DNA from: Laetmonice hystrix | Lineage: Eukaryota | NCBI GenBank assembly: GCA_965235115.1 | Contig: OZ249436.1 | Location: forward strand, 55,182,001-55,246,000 | Reading direction: 5' to 3' | Length of the DNA: 64,000 nucleotides | Shown: piece by piece, positions 51,545 to 64,000 of the stretch | How positions within the stretch are numbered: the stretch's first letter is position 1 | Layout: each line of letters starts with the position of its first letter | Notes under the pieces: generated by a model | Seen by the model: only the letters and a program-made list of their open reading frames with translations | Told to the model about the DNA's origin: nothing | Databases searched by the model: none | Made by a program: the position numbers and the translations under genes

Positions 51545-54500
51545 ATTCATTAGCCCACCATGACCCTTTACAATCATTGCCAATCATTTTCCTCCTAGGC
51601 AGCGGTAGCCCAGGAGGAGGGGAGTGTGGGGGTACCATTCATTAGTCCCCTTGCCCCGTAGGGGACTGTCAGTGACACTTCGGGTGGCCCCCTTTTACTA
51701 CAAAATCGCCGAAATTGACCCAACTTCATTAGCCCACCATGACCCTTTAAAATAATTGCCAATCATTTTCCTCCTAGGCAGTGGTAGCCCAGGAGGAGGG
51801 GAGTCTGGGGGTACCATTCATTAGTCCCCTTGCCCCGTAGGGGACTGTCAGTGACACTTCGGGTGGACCCCTTATACTACGAAATCGCCGAAATTGACCC
51901 AACTTCATTAGCCCACCATGACCCTTTAGAATAATTGCCAATCATTTTCCTCCTAGGCAGCGGTAGCCCAGGAGGAGGGGAGTCTGGGAGTACCATTCAT
52001 TAGTCCCCTTGCCCCGTAGGGGACTGTGAGTAAAACTTCGGGTGGACCCCTTATGCTATGAAATAGCCTAAATTCACCCAAATTCATTAGCCCACCATGA
52101 CCCTTTAAAATAATTGCCAATCATTTTCCTCCTAGGCAGCGGTAGCCCAGGAGGAGGGGAGTCTGGGAGTACCATTCATTAGTCCCCTTGCCTCGTAGGG
52201 GACTGTGAGTAAAACTTCGGGTGGACCCCCTTATGCTATGAAATAGCCTAAATTCACCCAAATTCATTAGCCCACCATGACCCTTTAAAATAATTGCCAA
52301 TCATTTTCCTCCTAGGCAGCGGTAGCCCAGGAGGAGGGGAGTCTGGGAGTACCATTCATTAGTCCCCTTGCCCCGTAGGGGACTGTGAGTAAAACTTCGG
52401 GTGGACCCCCTTATGCTATGAAATAGCCTAAATTCCCCCAAATTCATTAGCCCACCATGACCCTTTAAAATAATTGCCAATCATTTTCCTCCTAGGCAGC
52501 GGTAGCCCAGGAGGAGGAGAGTCTGGGAGTACCATTCATTAGTCCCCTTGCCCCGTAGGGGACTGTCAGTGACACTTCGGGTGGACCCCTTATACTACGA
52601 AATCGCCGAAATTGACCCAACTTCATTAGCCCACCATGACCCTTTAGAATAATTGCCAATCATTTTCCTCCTAGGCAGCGGTAGCCCAGGAGGAGGGGAG
52701 TCTGGGAGTACCATTCATTAGTCCCCTTGCCCCGTAGGGGACTGTGAGTAAAACTTCGGGTGGACCCCTTATACTACGAAATCGCCGAAATTGACCCAAC
52801 TTCATTAGCCCACCATGACCCTTTAAAATAATTGCCAATCATTTTCCTCCTAGGCAGCGGTAGCCCAGGAGGAGGGGAGTCTGGGAGTACCATTCATTAG
52901 TCCCCTTGCCCCGTAGGGGACTGTGAGTAAAACTTCGGGTGGACCCCCTTATGCTATGAAATAGCCTAAATTCACCCAAATTCATTAGCCCACCATGACC
53001 CTTTAAAATAATTGCCAATCATTTTCCTCCTAGGCAGCGGTAGCCCAGGAGGAGGGGAGTCTGGGAGTACCATTCATTAGTCCCCTTGCCCCGTAGGGGA
53101 CTGTGAGTAAAACTTCGGGTGGACCCCTTATGCTATGAAATAGCCTAAATTCACCCAAATTCATTAGCCCACCATGACCCTTTAAAATAATTGCCAATCA
53201 TTTTCCTCCTAGGCAGCGGTAGCCCAGGAGGAGGGGAGTCTGGGAGTACCATTCATTAGTCCCCTTGCCCCGTAGGGGACTGTGAGTAAAACTTCGGGTG
53301 GACCCCCTTATGCTATGAAATAGCCTAAATTCCCCCAAATTCATTAGCCCACCATGACCCTTTAAAATAATTGCCAATCATTTTCCTCCTAGGCAGCGGT
53401 AGCCCAGGAGGAGGGGAGTCTGGGAGTACCATTCATTAGTCCCCTTGCCCCGTAGGGGACTGTCAGTGACACTTCGGGTGGACCCCTTATACTACGAAAT
53501 CGCCGAAATTGACCCAACTTCATTAGCCCACCATGACCCTTTAGAATAATTGCCAATCATTTTCCTCCTAGGCAGCGGTAGCCCAGGAGGAGGGGAGTCT
53601 GGGAGTACCATTCATTAGTCCCCTTGCCCCGTAGGGGACTGTGAGTAAAACTTCGGGTGGACCCCTTATGCTATGAAATAGCCTAAATTCACCCAAATTC
53701 ATTAGCCCACCATGACCCTTTAAAATAATTGCCAATCATTTTCCTCCTAGGCAGCGGTAGCCCAGGAGGAGGGGAGTCTGGGGGTACCATTCATTAGTCC
53801 CCTTGCCCCGTAGGGGACTGTCAGTGACACTTCGGGTGGACCCCTTATACTACGAAATCGCCGAAATTGACCCAACTTCATTAGCCCACCATGACCCTTT
53901 AAAATAATTGCCAATCATTTTCCTCCTAGGCAGCGGTAGCCCAGGAGGAGGGGAGTCTGGGGGTACCATTCATTAGTCCCCTTGCCCCGTAGGGGACTGT
54001 CAGTGACACTTCGGGTGGACCCCTTATACTACGAAATCGCCGAAATTGACCCAACTTCATTAGCCCACCATGACCCTTTAAAATAATTGCCAATCATTTT
54101 CCTCCTAGGCAGCGGTAGCCCAGGAGGAGGGGAGTCTGGGGGTACCATTCATTAGTCCCCTTGCCCCGTAGGGGACTGTCAGTGACACTTCGGGTGGACC
54201 CCTTATACTACGAAATCGCCGAAATTGACCCAACTTCATTAGCCCACCATGACCCTTTAAAATAATTGCCAATCATTTTCCTCCTAGGCAGCGGTAGCCC
54301 AGGAGGAGGGAAGTCTGGGAGTACCATTCATTAGTCCCCTTGCCCCGTAGGGGACTGTCAGTGACACTTCGGGTGGACCCCTTATTACGAAATCGCCGAA
54401 ATTGACCCAACTTCATTAGCCCACCATGACCCTTTAAAATAATTGCCAATCATTTTCCTCCTAGGCAGCGGTAGCCCAGGAGGAGGGGAGTCTGGGAGTA

Positions 54501-56138
54501 CCATTCATTAGTCCCCTTGCCCCGTAGGGGACTGTGAGTAAAACTTCGGGTGGACCCCCTTATGCTATGAAATAGCCTAAATTCACCCAAATTCATTAGC
54601 CCACCATGACCCTTTAAAATAATTGCCAATCATTTTCCTCCTAGGCAGCGGTAGCCCAGGAGGAGGGGAGTCTGGGAGTACCATTCATTAGTCCCCTTGC
54701 CCCGTAGGGGACTGTCAGTGACACTTCGGGTGGACCCCTTATACTACGAAATCGCCGAAATTGACCCAACTTCATTAGCCCACCATGACCCTTTAGAATA
54801 ATTGCCAATCATTTTCCTCCTAGGCAGCGGTAGCCCAGGAGGAGGGGAGTCTGGGAGTACCATTCATTAGTCCCCTTGCCCCGTAGGGGACTGTGAGTAA
54901 AACTTCGGGTGGACCCCTTATGCTATGAAATAGCCTAAATTCACCCAAATTCATTAGCCCACCATGACCCTTTAAAATAATTGCCAATCATTTTCCTCCT
55001 AGGCAGCGGTAGCCCAGGAGGAGGGGAGTCTGGGGGTACCATTCATTAGTCCCCTTGCCCCGTAGGGGACTGTCAGTGACACTTCGGGTGGACCCCTTAT
55101 ACTACGAAATCGCCGAAATTGACCCAACTTCATTAGCCCACCATGACCCTTTAAAATAATTGCCAATCATTTTCCTCCTAGGCAGCGGTAGCCCAGGAGG
55201 AGGGGAGTCTGGGGGTACCATTCATTAGTCCCCTTGCCCCGTAGGGGACTGTCAGTGACACTTCGGGTGGACCCCTTATACTACGAAATCGCCGAAATTG
55301 ACCCAACTTCATTAGCCCACCATGACCCTTTAAAATAATTGCCAATCATTTTCCTCCTAGGCAGCGGTAGCCCAGGAGGAGGGGAGTCTGGGAGTACCAT
55401 TCATTAGTCCCCTTGCCCCGTAGGGGACTGTCAGTGACACTTCGGGTGGACCCCTTATTACGAAATCGCCGAAATTGACCCAACTTCATTAGCCCACCAT
55501 GACCCTTTAAAATAATTGCCAATCATTTTCCTCCTAGGCAGCGGTAGCCCAGGAGGAGGGGAGTCTGGGAGTACCATTCATTAGTCCCCTTGCCCCGTAG
55601 GGGACTGTGAGTAAAACTTCGGGTGGACCCCCTTATGCTATGAAATAGCCTAAATTCACCCAAATTCATTAGCCCACCATGACCCTTTAAAATAATTGCC
55701 AATCATTTTCCTCCTAGGCAGCGGTAGCCCAGGAGGAGGGGAGTCTGGGAGTACCATTCATTAGTCCCCTTGCCCCGTAGGGGACTGTGAGTAAAACTTC
55801 GGGTGGACCCCTTATGCTATGAAATAGCCTAAATTCACCCAAATTCATTAGCCCACCATGACCCTTTAAAATAATTGCCAATCATTTTCCTCCTAGGCAG
55901 CGGTAGCCCAGGAGGAGGGGAGTCTAGGAGTACCATTCATTAGTCCCCTTGCCCCGTAGGGGACTGTGAGTAAAACTTCGGGTGGACCCCCTTATGCTAT
56001 GAAATAGCCTAAATTCACCCAAATTCATTAGCCCACCATGACCCTTTAAAATAATTGCCAATCATTTTCCTCCTAGGCAGTGGTAGCCCAGGAGGAGGGG
56101 AGTCTGGGGGTACCATTCATTAGTCCCCTTGCCCCGTA
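51545..56138 (+). repeat. 179-180-bp satellite, right arm (~25.6 copies)
   Basis: Unit ttcattagcccaccatgaccctttaaaataattgcc...ccgtaggggactg..., present as two interspersed subtypes. Confidence 0.97.
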
Positions 56139-56326
56139 ATTGCGAATCGTATCCTAGGTGGCGAATCAGATCCTGCGTTCGCGAATCGTGAACCGTGTAC
56201 CGTGAACCAGATCCTAACTTCACACTGCTTGTTAAATAATATTTATGTGGACCTGTAGGCCTCTGTAATAATAATCAACCCTTATTTAATAGACCAAACA
56301 GCATTATTTTAGAACGTTGCTGCTCA

Positions 56327-57716
56327 TGCCCCAGTCACGCCGGGCTTTCCACCAGGTTACGACCTAGCTGCGACCGTAAAATGTTGGAATCGTGGGCAAA
56401 TCGCAGAGGTCGTTACGCCTAGGTCCAACTAGGACCTGCGATTCCCTGCGATCAGTTCAGTCGTGCGACTAGGGCTGGTCGTGCGTAGTCGTCGATATTT
56501 ATTGCGATTTGAATGTACCGGTCACATTGTAAGACCAGTCGTGAGACCTGTTACCGACAGATGGCACCACTAATCGCCCGACTCCGGCACGATTCCAGGA
56601 CCACGTACGAGTGATAAGGCCCTGTTGCACAACTGGCCACGACCAATATTGTGAGACATGTGCCGACCTCCTGTGACTGCTCGTCGTCCAATCAGGTCTG
56701 GTCGCACGACAGGTCGTGCCAGTGGTCGGGGACAGTCGTGCGATTGTCCTACGACAACAGTTTCCTACTATCACCCACGACAATGAAGGACCACCAGAAC
56801 GATCGCACGACAACTGACGACTTGGATGCGACATAATGCGACAGGATGCGACTACTTCAGTCGCAGGCAGGTTGTTGCACATGATCAACAACCTCCGTTC
56901 GATGGATTTTGGTCGTGCCATTATGGGGGACTACCCACGACCACCCAGGCCTTGTGGCAGGACTTTTATAAGATGGCCTGGGATTTTAGTCGCAGCCTGG
57001 TCGTAACCTGTTGTAAGTTGTCGTATCTCCTAGTGGGGCCTAGGCTTTAGTGATCGCCAGAGCAAAATCAGTCGCAGCAAGGTCGATGGTCATGTTCAAA
57101 ACTTCTGACCTGTGATTCATAATCATAAGAGGTGGCAAACAGGTCTTACCACCTGTCGTGCATGGTCGCACCACCAGTCCTGCATGATCGTAGGTCAACC
57201 AGTCGCACGATTGTTTGTGCAACTGGTCGTGCCACCTGGCAATTGGTGGTGCCACCTGTCGTATGACCTCACGATCATCTGTACTGCGCCCAGTAACGAC
57301 CTTTCCCGACTGGTTGCATGACCCTACAATGGGTGGTCGCCACAATTAGTCGTACGATCACTGATCGCCACCACTAGTTGCACGATTAGCCTACCTACGA
57401 TTGATCTTTCAATTGATCTTCCAAAATCACAGGTGATCGCACGACCACGCATACCACTCGTATGATGACCAACCACTAATCATGCGATTTACGGCCGATT
57501 TGGAGATACTTTTCTCCATAGTAAAACTGTTGAGAAAAATCGGCCGTATCTCAAAATCAGCCGTAAATCGGTCCGTGTATCTGGGCCTTAACGGCAATCG
57601 CAGTATGCGACCGCAAATGGAGATCGTAGCAAACATTGCCGGTTCGTCGTATATCTAGGCCAATTCGCCACCAATCGCACGATCCAGAAATCGTACGATC
57701 CAGAGTGACTGAGGCA
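56327..57716. mobile_element. Harbinger-like non-autonomous element rich in tcgt/acga repeats
   Basis: tgccccagtcac ... gtgactgaggca termini; contains a small palindromic MITE piece at about 57485-57590. Confidence 0.6.
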
Positions 57717-60189
57717 CAGTCTCCGAATGGCCGGGCATAGAGACGACGTGCGGTACAGCCGTAAATAGAAGGCTAGACCTAATGTATAATAGCCCCCACT
57801 ATTTTGCTGTCTAGTTCTCGCTTTATCGAACGATTCATCAAAATACTACAGAAGTAGAAAGTAAAAAGGTCAGTAGGTAATCTCAGAATATTATAGCATT
57901 ATAATACCTCTGTGTACGTCACCATAGCCCCCTGATTCGACAGAGCTTAGTTTGGAACATGGCTGTCTGTTGAGATATTTAACGTCATTGGCAATGTTTT
58001 GGAAACTGTTAAATTGCTAAACAAAGCTCAAAGCTCGCTGTATTCATAACTATCAGTCTTGATAAAAGAAAGACATCTACAGAGACCTTACTATGTGGGA
58101 AATAATTCGTCACCCTGAAACGTGTACAATCAAATAGTCCGTATGGAACTTCCGTGCCATATGGACCACCGTATGGCAAATGACATGCGCATATATAGGC
58201 CTAGGCATGTGAGTTTGCCTTTCATTCACCCATTCATTCGTTTATAGAACTTTTACTCGTTAAACTTTTTAAAAAATATTCCAACCTTTCACAACCGAGG
58301 ATTGGTGTAGAATCGTCGACCAAAATTATGTGGAAAACATTTCTGAATGTGCAGTCGACGGCACCCACATCCCTATTAAGTGTCCCAACAGAGAGGGCAT
58401 GGTGAATGACCATGGGGTCTTCAAACAGACGGTTTCCCCCGCGAGGAGGGTTTTCGCGAGTGGCGAGCAGTACCCCGTTTGGCGAGAGCGATTATGCAAG
58501 GAGGCGCTCGCAAGTCCAAATTCACTCGCGAAAACATTCCACTCGCGAATATATTTTCGCGAGACAACTCGCCATCGCCAAATCCCGTTTGGCGAGCAAA
58601 TCTTTCTGCAACGCGGCCAATGTCAAGGTCAATGACTAAAGCAATATTCCACAAACATCAATAATACTGTGTCATGTAGATCTACCAATCGCAACATCTC
58701 GGGCTTTCCGTACGCAAAACACCTCGAATGTATTTCGGGCGCTGCCATGTTGAAACTACTTCCAGTCACATGATTCGATGGAGTCATGTGACCGGCGATT
58801 TAGTTAAAATTGTGGACCCTTAACAATAACACCAGCACTTGTTTTGTTTCTGAACAACGCCAAACTCCTTGACTACTTAGCAGGGCGGTAGAACATAAGT
58901 GGTGATGTGACGTCACATGCGTTTTACGCCTGCAGCTTTGGGCCTGTCTTACACCCGAGGGTATTTCTCAACCGGAACCTCGGATGTTCCGATTGGTAGT
59001 TCTACATGTAGGCTGTTGTGGCAAGGACATTTAATATGACTACTAGTCCAGTCAATCTAGAAGATTTGAGGGGGCAAGCCACCACAAATTGCAACAGAAT
59101 TGTTTTCACTGCAGTGCATTTCAGTATGACCCCCTCAGGGCCGTCGGAACCGGGGGGGGGCCGGGGCGGGGCTATGGCCCCCCCCCCCACTTTTTCACCC
59201 AGGATGAAAATCTTGAAGAGCCATTTTTTCAAGCTTCTGTTATTTCCAGAGGGTGGATACTAGCCTACATGTTAGGCCTAATATTGTGTTCGCTATGGTG
59301 ATGATGACGATCAGGTGACAGAGTCTCTGAGGCCTGGCACTGAACTTCCCGGCGTAGGATATGCAACTTTGGAAGTCGATAAAATTACATAAAATCGCTT
59401 TCAGGGTTTCTTCAAGGATTTTCAAACTGGGAGGGGGGTAGACCCCCCAAGTGACCTGCATCTGGCACCAAAACCCGCTGACCCGCGAGGACAGCCATAG
59501 GATGATAAATCTAGGCCCAGGCTTTTAAGGCCTAGATTTATCATTCAGGCGGGGCATATCCTTCCTACTTTGGACTTCCTACACTGAAAATTAGTGGGAG
59601 GATAGGCCTATCCCCCCACACATCATGAGTTGGGGCTTCAACACCCCCCCCCCCCCAGCAGGGGCGCCGCTGCCGGGGGGGGGGGGGGCGGGTCGCCCAC
59701 TTTTGCTGGCGACCTATGGGACATATGGGCCTAACCGCGGCCTAGATCCCCTGCAGCTTCCCTGTGTACCTTAGTCCTACCACACTGGCGGATCCAGGGT
59801 AGGGGTCACATAAGGTCTGGACCCCCCTAAAATATATATATTTCATGGCGCCCCTCCTGCCGTTCATGGCGCCTCACGGCATTCTAGGGCTACATAAGAC
59901 TTTTGACATCATTGGTCTTTAAATAGCTTTGTGCTCCAAAATGCATCAGATTTCACCAAATTACACCTTGAATTTGAAAAATTTCCGGGGGGCATGCCCC
60001 GGACCCCCTAGCAAGGCTTTGTGCCTTCGGCGCTCGTACAGTCACAACGGTTGCGTCCCTAAAAACGTTGGCCCCCTATACTTGAAAAAGCTGGATCTGC
60101 CCCAGTATACCGTCTCTTGCTTAGCTCATAGACCTGAATATTCAGGTCAATCTTAAGCTCTAGGAAATCTAGGCCACGCTTTAATTATT

Positions 60190-61761
60190 GGCCGCGTTGC
60201 AGAAAGATTTGCTCGCCAAACGGGATTTGGCGAAGGCGAGTTGTCTCGCGAAAATATATTCGCGAGTGGAATGTTTTCGCGAGTGAATTTGGACTTGCGA
60301 GCGCCTCCTTGCATAATCGCTCTCGCCAAACGGGGTGCTGCTCGCCACTCGCGAAAACCCTCCTCGCGGGGGGAAACCGTCTGTTCGAAGATCCCATGGT
60401 CATCCACCATGCCCTCTCTGTTGGGACACTTAATAGGGATGTTGGTGCCGTCGACTGCACATTGAGAAATTTTTTCCACATAATTTTGCTCGACGATTCT
60501 ACATCAATCCTCGGTTGTGAAAGGTTGGAATATTTTTTTAAAAGTCTAACGAGTGAAAGTTGTATAAACGAATGAATGGGTGAATAAAAGGCAAACTCAC
60601 ATGCCTATATATGCGCATGTCATCTGCCATACGGTGGTCCATATGGCACGGAAGTTCCATACGGACTATTTGATTGTACACGTTTCAGGGTGACGAATTA
60701 TTTCCCACATAGTAAGGTCTCCCTAGATGTCTTTCTTTTATCAAGACTGATAGTTATGAATACAGCGAGCTTTGAGCTTTGTTTGGCAATTTAACAGTAA
60801 CATACAGGCCAAATTTAATGCACTAAAGTGCTGAACCCACCAAGGCGATTCCCCTTGCGACGGCCATGCGGTTTTTGATTTAGTGGTGGAATTTCACTCT
60901 GAAACTTTTCCTGGCTGGCCTTCTCCGTTTCAGGAAATAGGTTCCATCCTTTAATCTCAAAATTACAGTAAAATAAAAGTGTGATGTCAAAATCGCATGG
61001 GCGTCGCAAGGGGAATCGCCTTGGTGGGTTCAGCACTTTACTCCCCTGAGTAGTATCAACAAGAACGATATTAACACATTCTGATGTTTTAAATGGGGGC
61101 TGAACTGGATGACCTCCAGAGTTCCCAACTTACGGTGCTGAAAGTCTTTATAAAGCGTTGTTAGTTTTTGTTTAATGTTCTTTGTTTTCCTAAATTAATC
61201 CGAGCGAATAAACACAACGGGATTCGGCTCCTTCACGGCGGGAAAGTATGAGTATTCAGGCATTCCATTCCATACTTTCCGCTGTGGAGGACCCTCATCC
61301 CGTTCCGTCTTACATTTAATAACTTTTGAGATGGTTTTGAGCAAAAAAGAGAAAATTCTAAGTTGCCAGAATCTATTGCGAGGTCCAATACAACTTGCCG
61401 TGGAGTCTTAACCGCCGCCGAAACCATTTCTCTCACTCAAAACGTTCGAGCGGGTTAATACGAGGCAGGTAGATCCGCTTTTCTGTCATAGCTATACGAC
61501 GACCTGAGCCGTCAGGAACGCTAAGGATTATGAGATTATACTCTTTTGCGAGCGAGTTCGCCACATATAAAGCCTTGATTTCGGCAATTGCCGAGCAGTT
61601 TTTGGCGAGCTGGGGGTCTGGGCGATGATCGCGAGAAAGTCCTATTTCTCGCTCGCCTAAATCCTGCTCGCAGGTTTATGCAAGGCACATTACATTTCCA
61701 CTCGCGAAAACCCACTTTCGCGAGTGGATTTTCGCGAGCGAGAGGATTCTGCAACGCACGC
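60190..61761 (-). mobile_element. PIF/Harbinger-superfamily deletion derivative, copy B
   Basis: att|ggccgcgttgcagaa ... ttctgcaacgcacgc|att; relic AVDGTNIPIKCP; inverted copy of 46458-47190 plus 58005-58618. Confidence 0.85.
60824..61040. mobile_element. MITE inserted in copy B
   Basis: ~45-bp TIRs taaagtgctgaacccaccaaggcgattccccttgcgacg; absent from copy A. Confidence 0.8.
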
Positions 61762-63600
61762 ATTGTCTGACAGCGTTAGGCCTGCGGCCGTCAACATTTT
61801 TCACCCCTATGTTGGGCCTTCCTATTTGATTTTGAAGAAAATGACCTCATGCGTGAATGTATTCAAATAATGAGTGAGGTTTACCAATTTTTACTAGGCC
61901 TAGTGTGGTAGAATAGAAAGTGGCAAGTAGGATGGGGACGGTCACTATTTTATTTGGTAAAAGTGTGTTTTAGGCCTAATCGTCAACTTTTTTGGCTTCT
62001 GATAAATATTGCTTGATACTGTTTTTTGTGATGTCAACGGCCAGGTGGGGCCCACCTAAAAAATTTTTTTAGCCTCGCTACGCTTGGCATGATTTCATTG
62101 TAACTGTAGGTACTAATAGTATAATACATCTTCATACAAAAAAGGAAGATCTAAGGGGAGGCAAGCCCCCTGATTAATCCCTCACTGATTAATACATTAA
62201 TCTTGAGCAAAAGGTCGGCACCGAAAGCTCTTTAGTTTGATGCTGAGAAGCCGGGAAATAGCACCGATGGCCTTTTATATTCCCAAAGTCGGAGCCCCCC
62301 CCTTTCGGCGCGTGGCACCTGGGTCCGCCCCTTGGGGGGGGGGGGGAGGGTGAATACACTGTTATTCTGCCATTCTTATGGTACATAAATCTCGGGGGAA
62401 AAGGTCAAACACACCAAGATTGCCCCCCCCCCCCTTTGAAATAGGCAGCGGCGCCCCTGCCCAGGCTTGGCCCCCCCCCCACTTCCAAATACGTTCCGAC
62501 GGCCCTGCCCCTAAACACCATACTAAAAGTCCTAAGAAATCCGAGTATGGGAAAGTGGTCAAATTTGCATAATATGAAATGTAGTTCCTGCCGTAATATA
62601 TCATTCATATTTTCCCTATAACTTTGCATCTAAGGACACGATTGAAACAAATCAAGTGTCCAAACCCATGTCTTAATGGTCAGTGGACATGATAGGCACA
62701 TTTGTAAATTAATATTTTGAATATAATTTGCATATTATGCAAAATAGCTTCCGTCATTGGAGAAAATCTTTTCCTATAACTTGGCAGCTAAGTGGGTATA
62801 CACGATTTAAACTAATGAAGAGTTCATGTTCACAAGGTCAGTGAACAGGATGGACATAGTTTCAGATTAACACTATCAATTTGCAGAATATGCAAATTAA
62901 GTTCCACCAGTAGGTAAAATTCTAATCTTCACTATTGTTTTACATATACGTAACAAGTCATGTTTTCATGATCTGTAAGAATGACAGACACATTTCCAGA
63001 TTAATTTTTATTCAATTAGAGAGTGAACAGAAAGTCATATAACGACATATCATCTATATCAAAATTAATGGGCCCATCAGTTTCAAGTTGACTTATGCCA
63101 AGTACCAGCAAGTAAAGTGTCTTCTCACTTGTAGCAGACTACATATTTAGCAGGCCCAGGAGTTCGAGTTGGGTTGCTCGAAGCACTGCTGGGACAAGGA
63201 TGTGGTTCTGCAGATAATAGGACTGCTCCTGCTCATGTCATCAAGCATCAGATTTAACAAACTAAAGTTTCAAGTTGACTTACGGCAGGTATTGTGAAGC
63301 AAAGGTTGTCTTCCCGCAGTGGTGGGGACTCCCCTCTCTTCATGCCAGATTTTAACATTTGAAATGACTCGGCCAGGTGCCATCAAGTTTAAGTTGAGCT
63401 CCAGGAACCGCTGGGACAAAGGTTGTCTTCGCCGACCAAGGTTATCTTTAAGTAATTGTATAGGGTGGGTGGTGTTTGGGGTTTTACACCTTGCAATGTT
63501 CAGCCAGGGTCATATCACGGCGGTGAAGATGATGATGAAAGTAATTGTATAGACTTCCTCTCTTGTGGGGAGGGTTCATAAGGCCTAGCCTACTCGAGGA

Positions 63601-63818
63601 GTGAGTGGGACAGGTGTGACTTTGCATGCGTATTGACACCATGAAGGTGCTGGTAGCTAATAAAACGTGTATTAGGTGTACTCTATCCTAAGCATACCAT
63701 TATATCTGTGAGTGGGACAGGTGTGACTTTGCATGCGTATTGACACCATGAAGGTGCTGGTAGCTAACAAAACGTGTATTAGGTGTACTCTATCCTAAGC
63801 ATACCATTATATCTGTGA
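63601..63818. repeat. 107-bp tandem duplication
   Basis: Two near-identical copies starting gtgagtgggacagg at 63601 and 63708. Confidence 0.9.
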
Positions 63819-64000
63819 AGTGATGAAAAAAGGCCAGTTAATCCGGTTTACCGGGGTGGATCATTTCAGGCGTTCTGAGATTCTTAGTACCGTACACAGA
63901 GTGGTCTTTTCACTCATAACAGCGTTTCCCCATCTTTGTTATAGTGCGTTCTAGATTATGTAAAATGTTATCCGGGAGGTCAGATATTTCACTCTCCCCA

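Larger units (their letters stand above)
47199..56229. mobile_element. 9-kb palindromic (foldback) composite DNA transposon with 9-bp TSD
   Basis: tgttaaata|agcagtgtgaag ... cttcacactgct|tgttaaata; arms inverted around a spacer at 49722-49947. Confidence 0.88.
46458..58618 (+). mobile_element. PIF/Harbinger-superfamily deletion derivative, copy A (hosts nested insertions)
   Basis: Ends gcgtgcgttgcagaa ... ttctgcaacgcggcc with att/aat flanks; transposase relic AVDGTHIPIKCP near 58350; both halves match copy B in inverted orientation. Confidence 0.8.

Overview
Repeat-rich animal (probably marine invertebrate) genomic DNA with two minus-strand host genes. DCUN1D3 (DCN1-like 3) has an intronless CDS at 1735-2703. 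A C16orf89/UPF0764 homologue, missed by the ORF track, was rebuilt from six phase-consistent exons between 45106 and 30084; its first exon was not found. Most of the rest is nested transposons and tandem repeats: a 4.1-kb Academ-type palindromic element, a near-intact APE-RT LINE with a single homopolymer frameshift, 71-bp and 51-bp minisatellites (the latter 6.8 kb and intronic), many MITEs, and two inverted Harbinger-family derivatives. The most striking structure is a 9-kb composite palindrome (47199-56229) with a perfect 9-bp TSD, built from two inverted copies of a short-TIR element whose diverged subterminal modules have expanded into 180-bp and 187-bp satellite arrays. A second unusual signal is the partitioning of TACATGTA versus TAGGCCTA octamers, with paralogue comparisons suggesting TAGGCCTA is created by recurrent 6-bp insertions. 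All calls were made by eye, without database searches.
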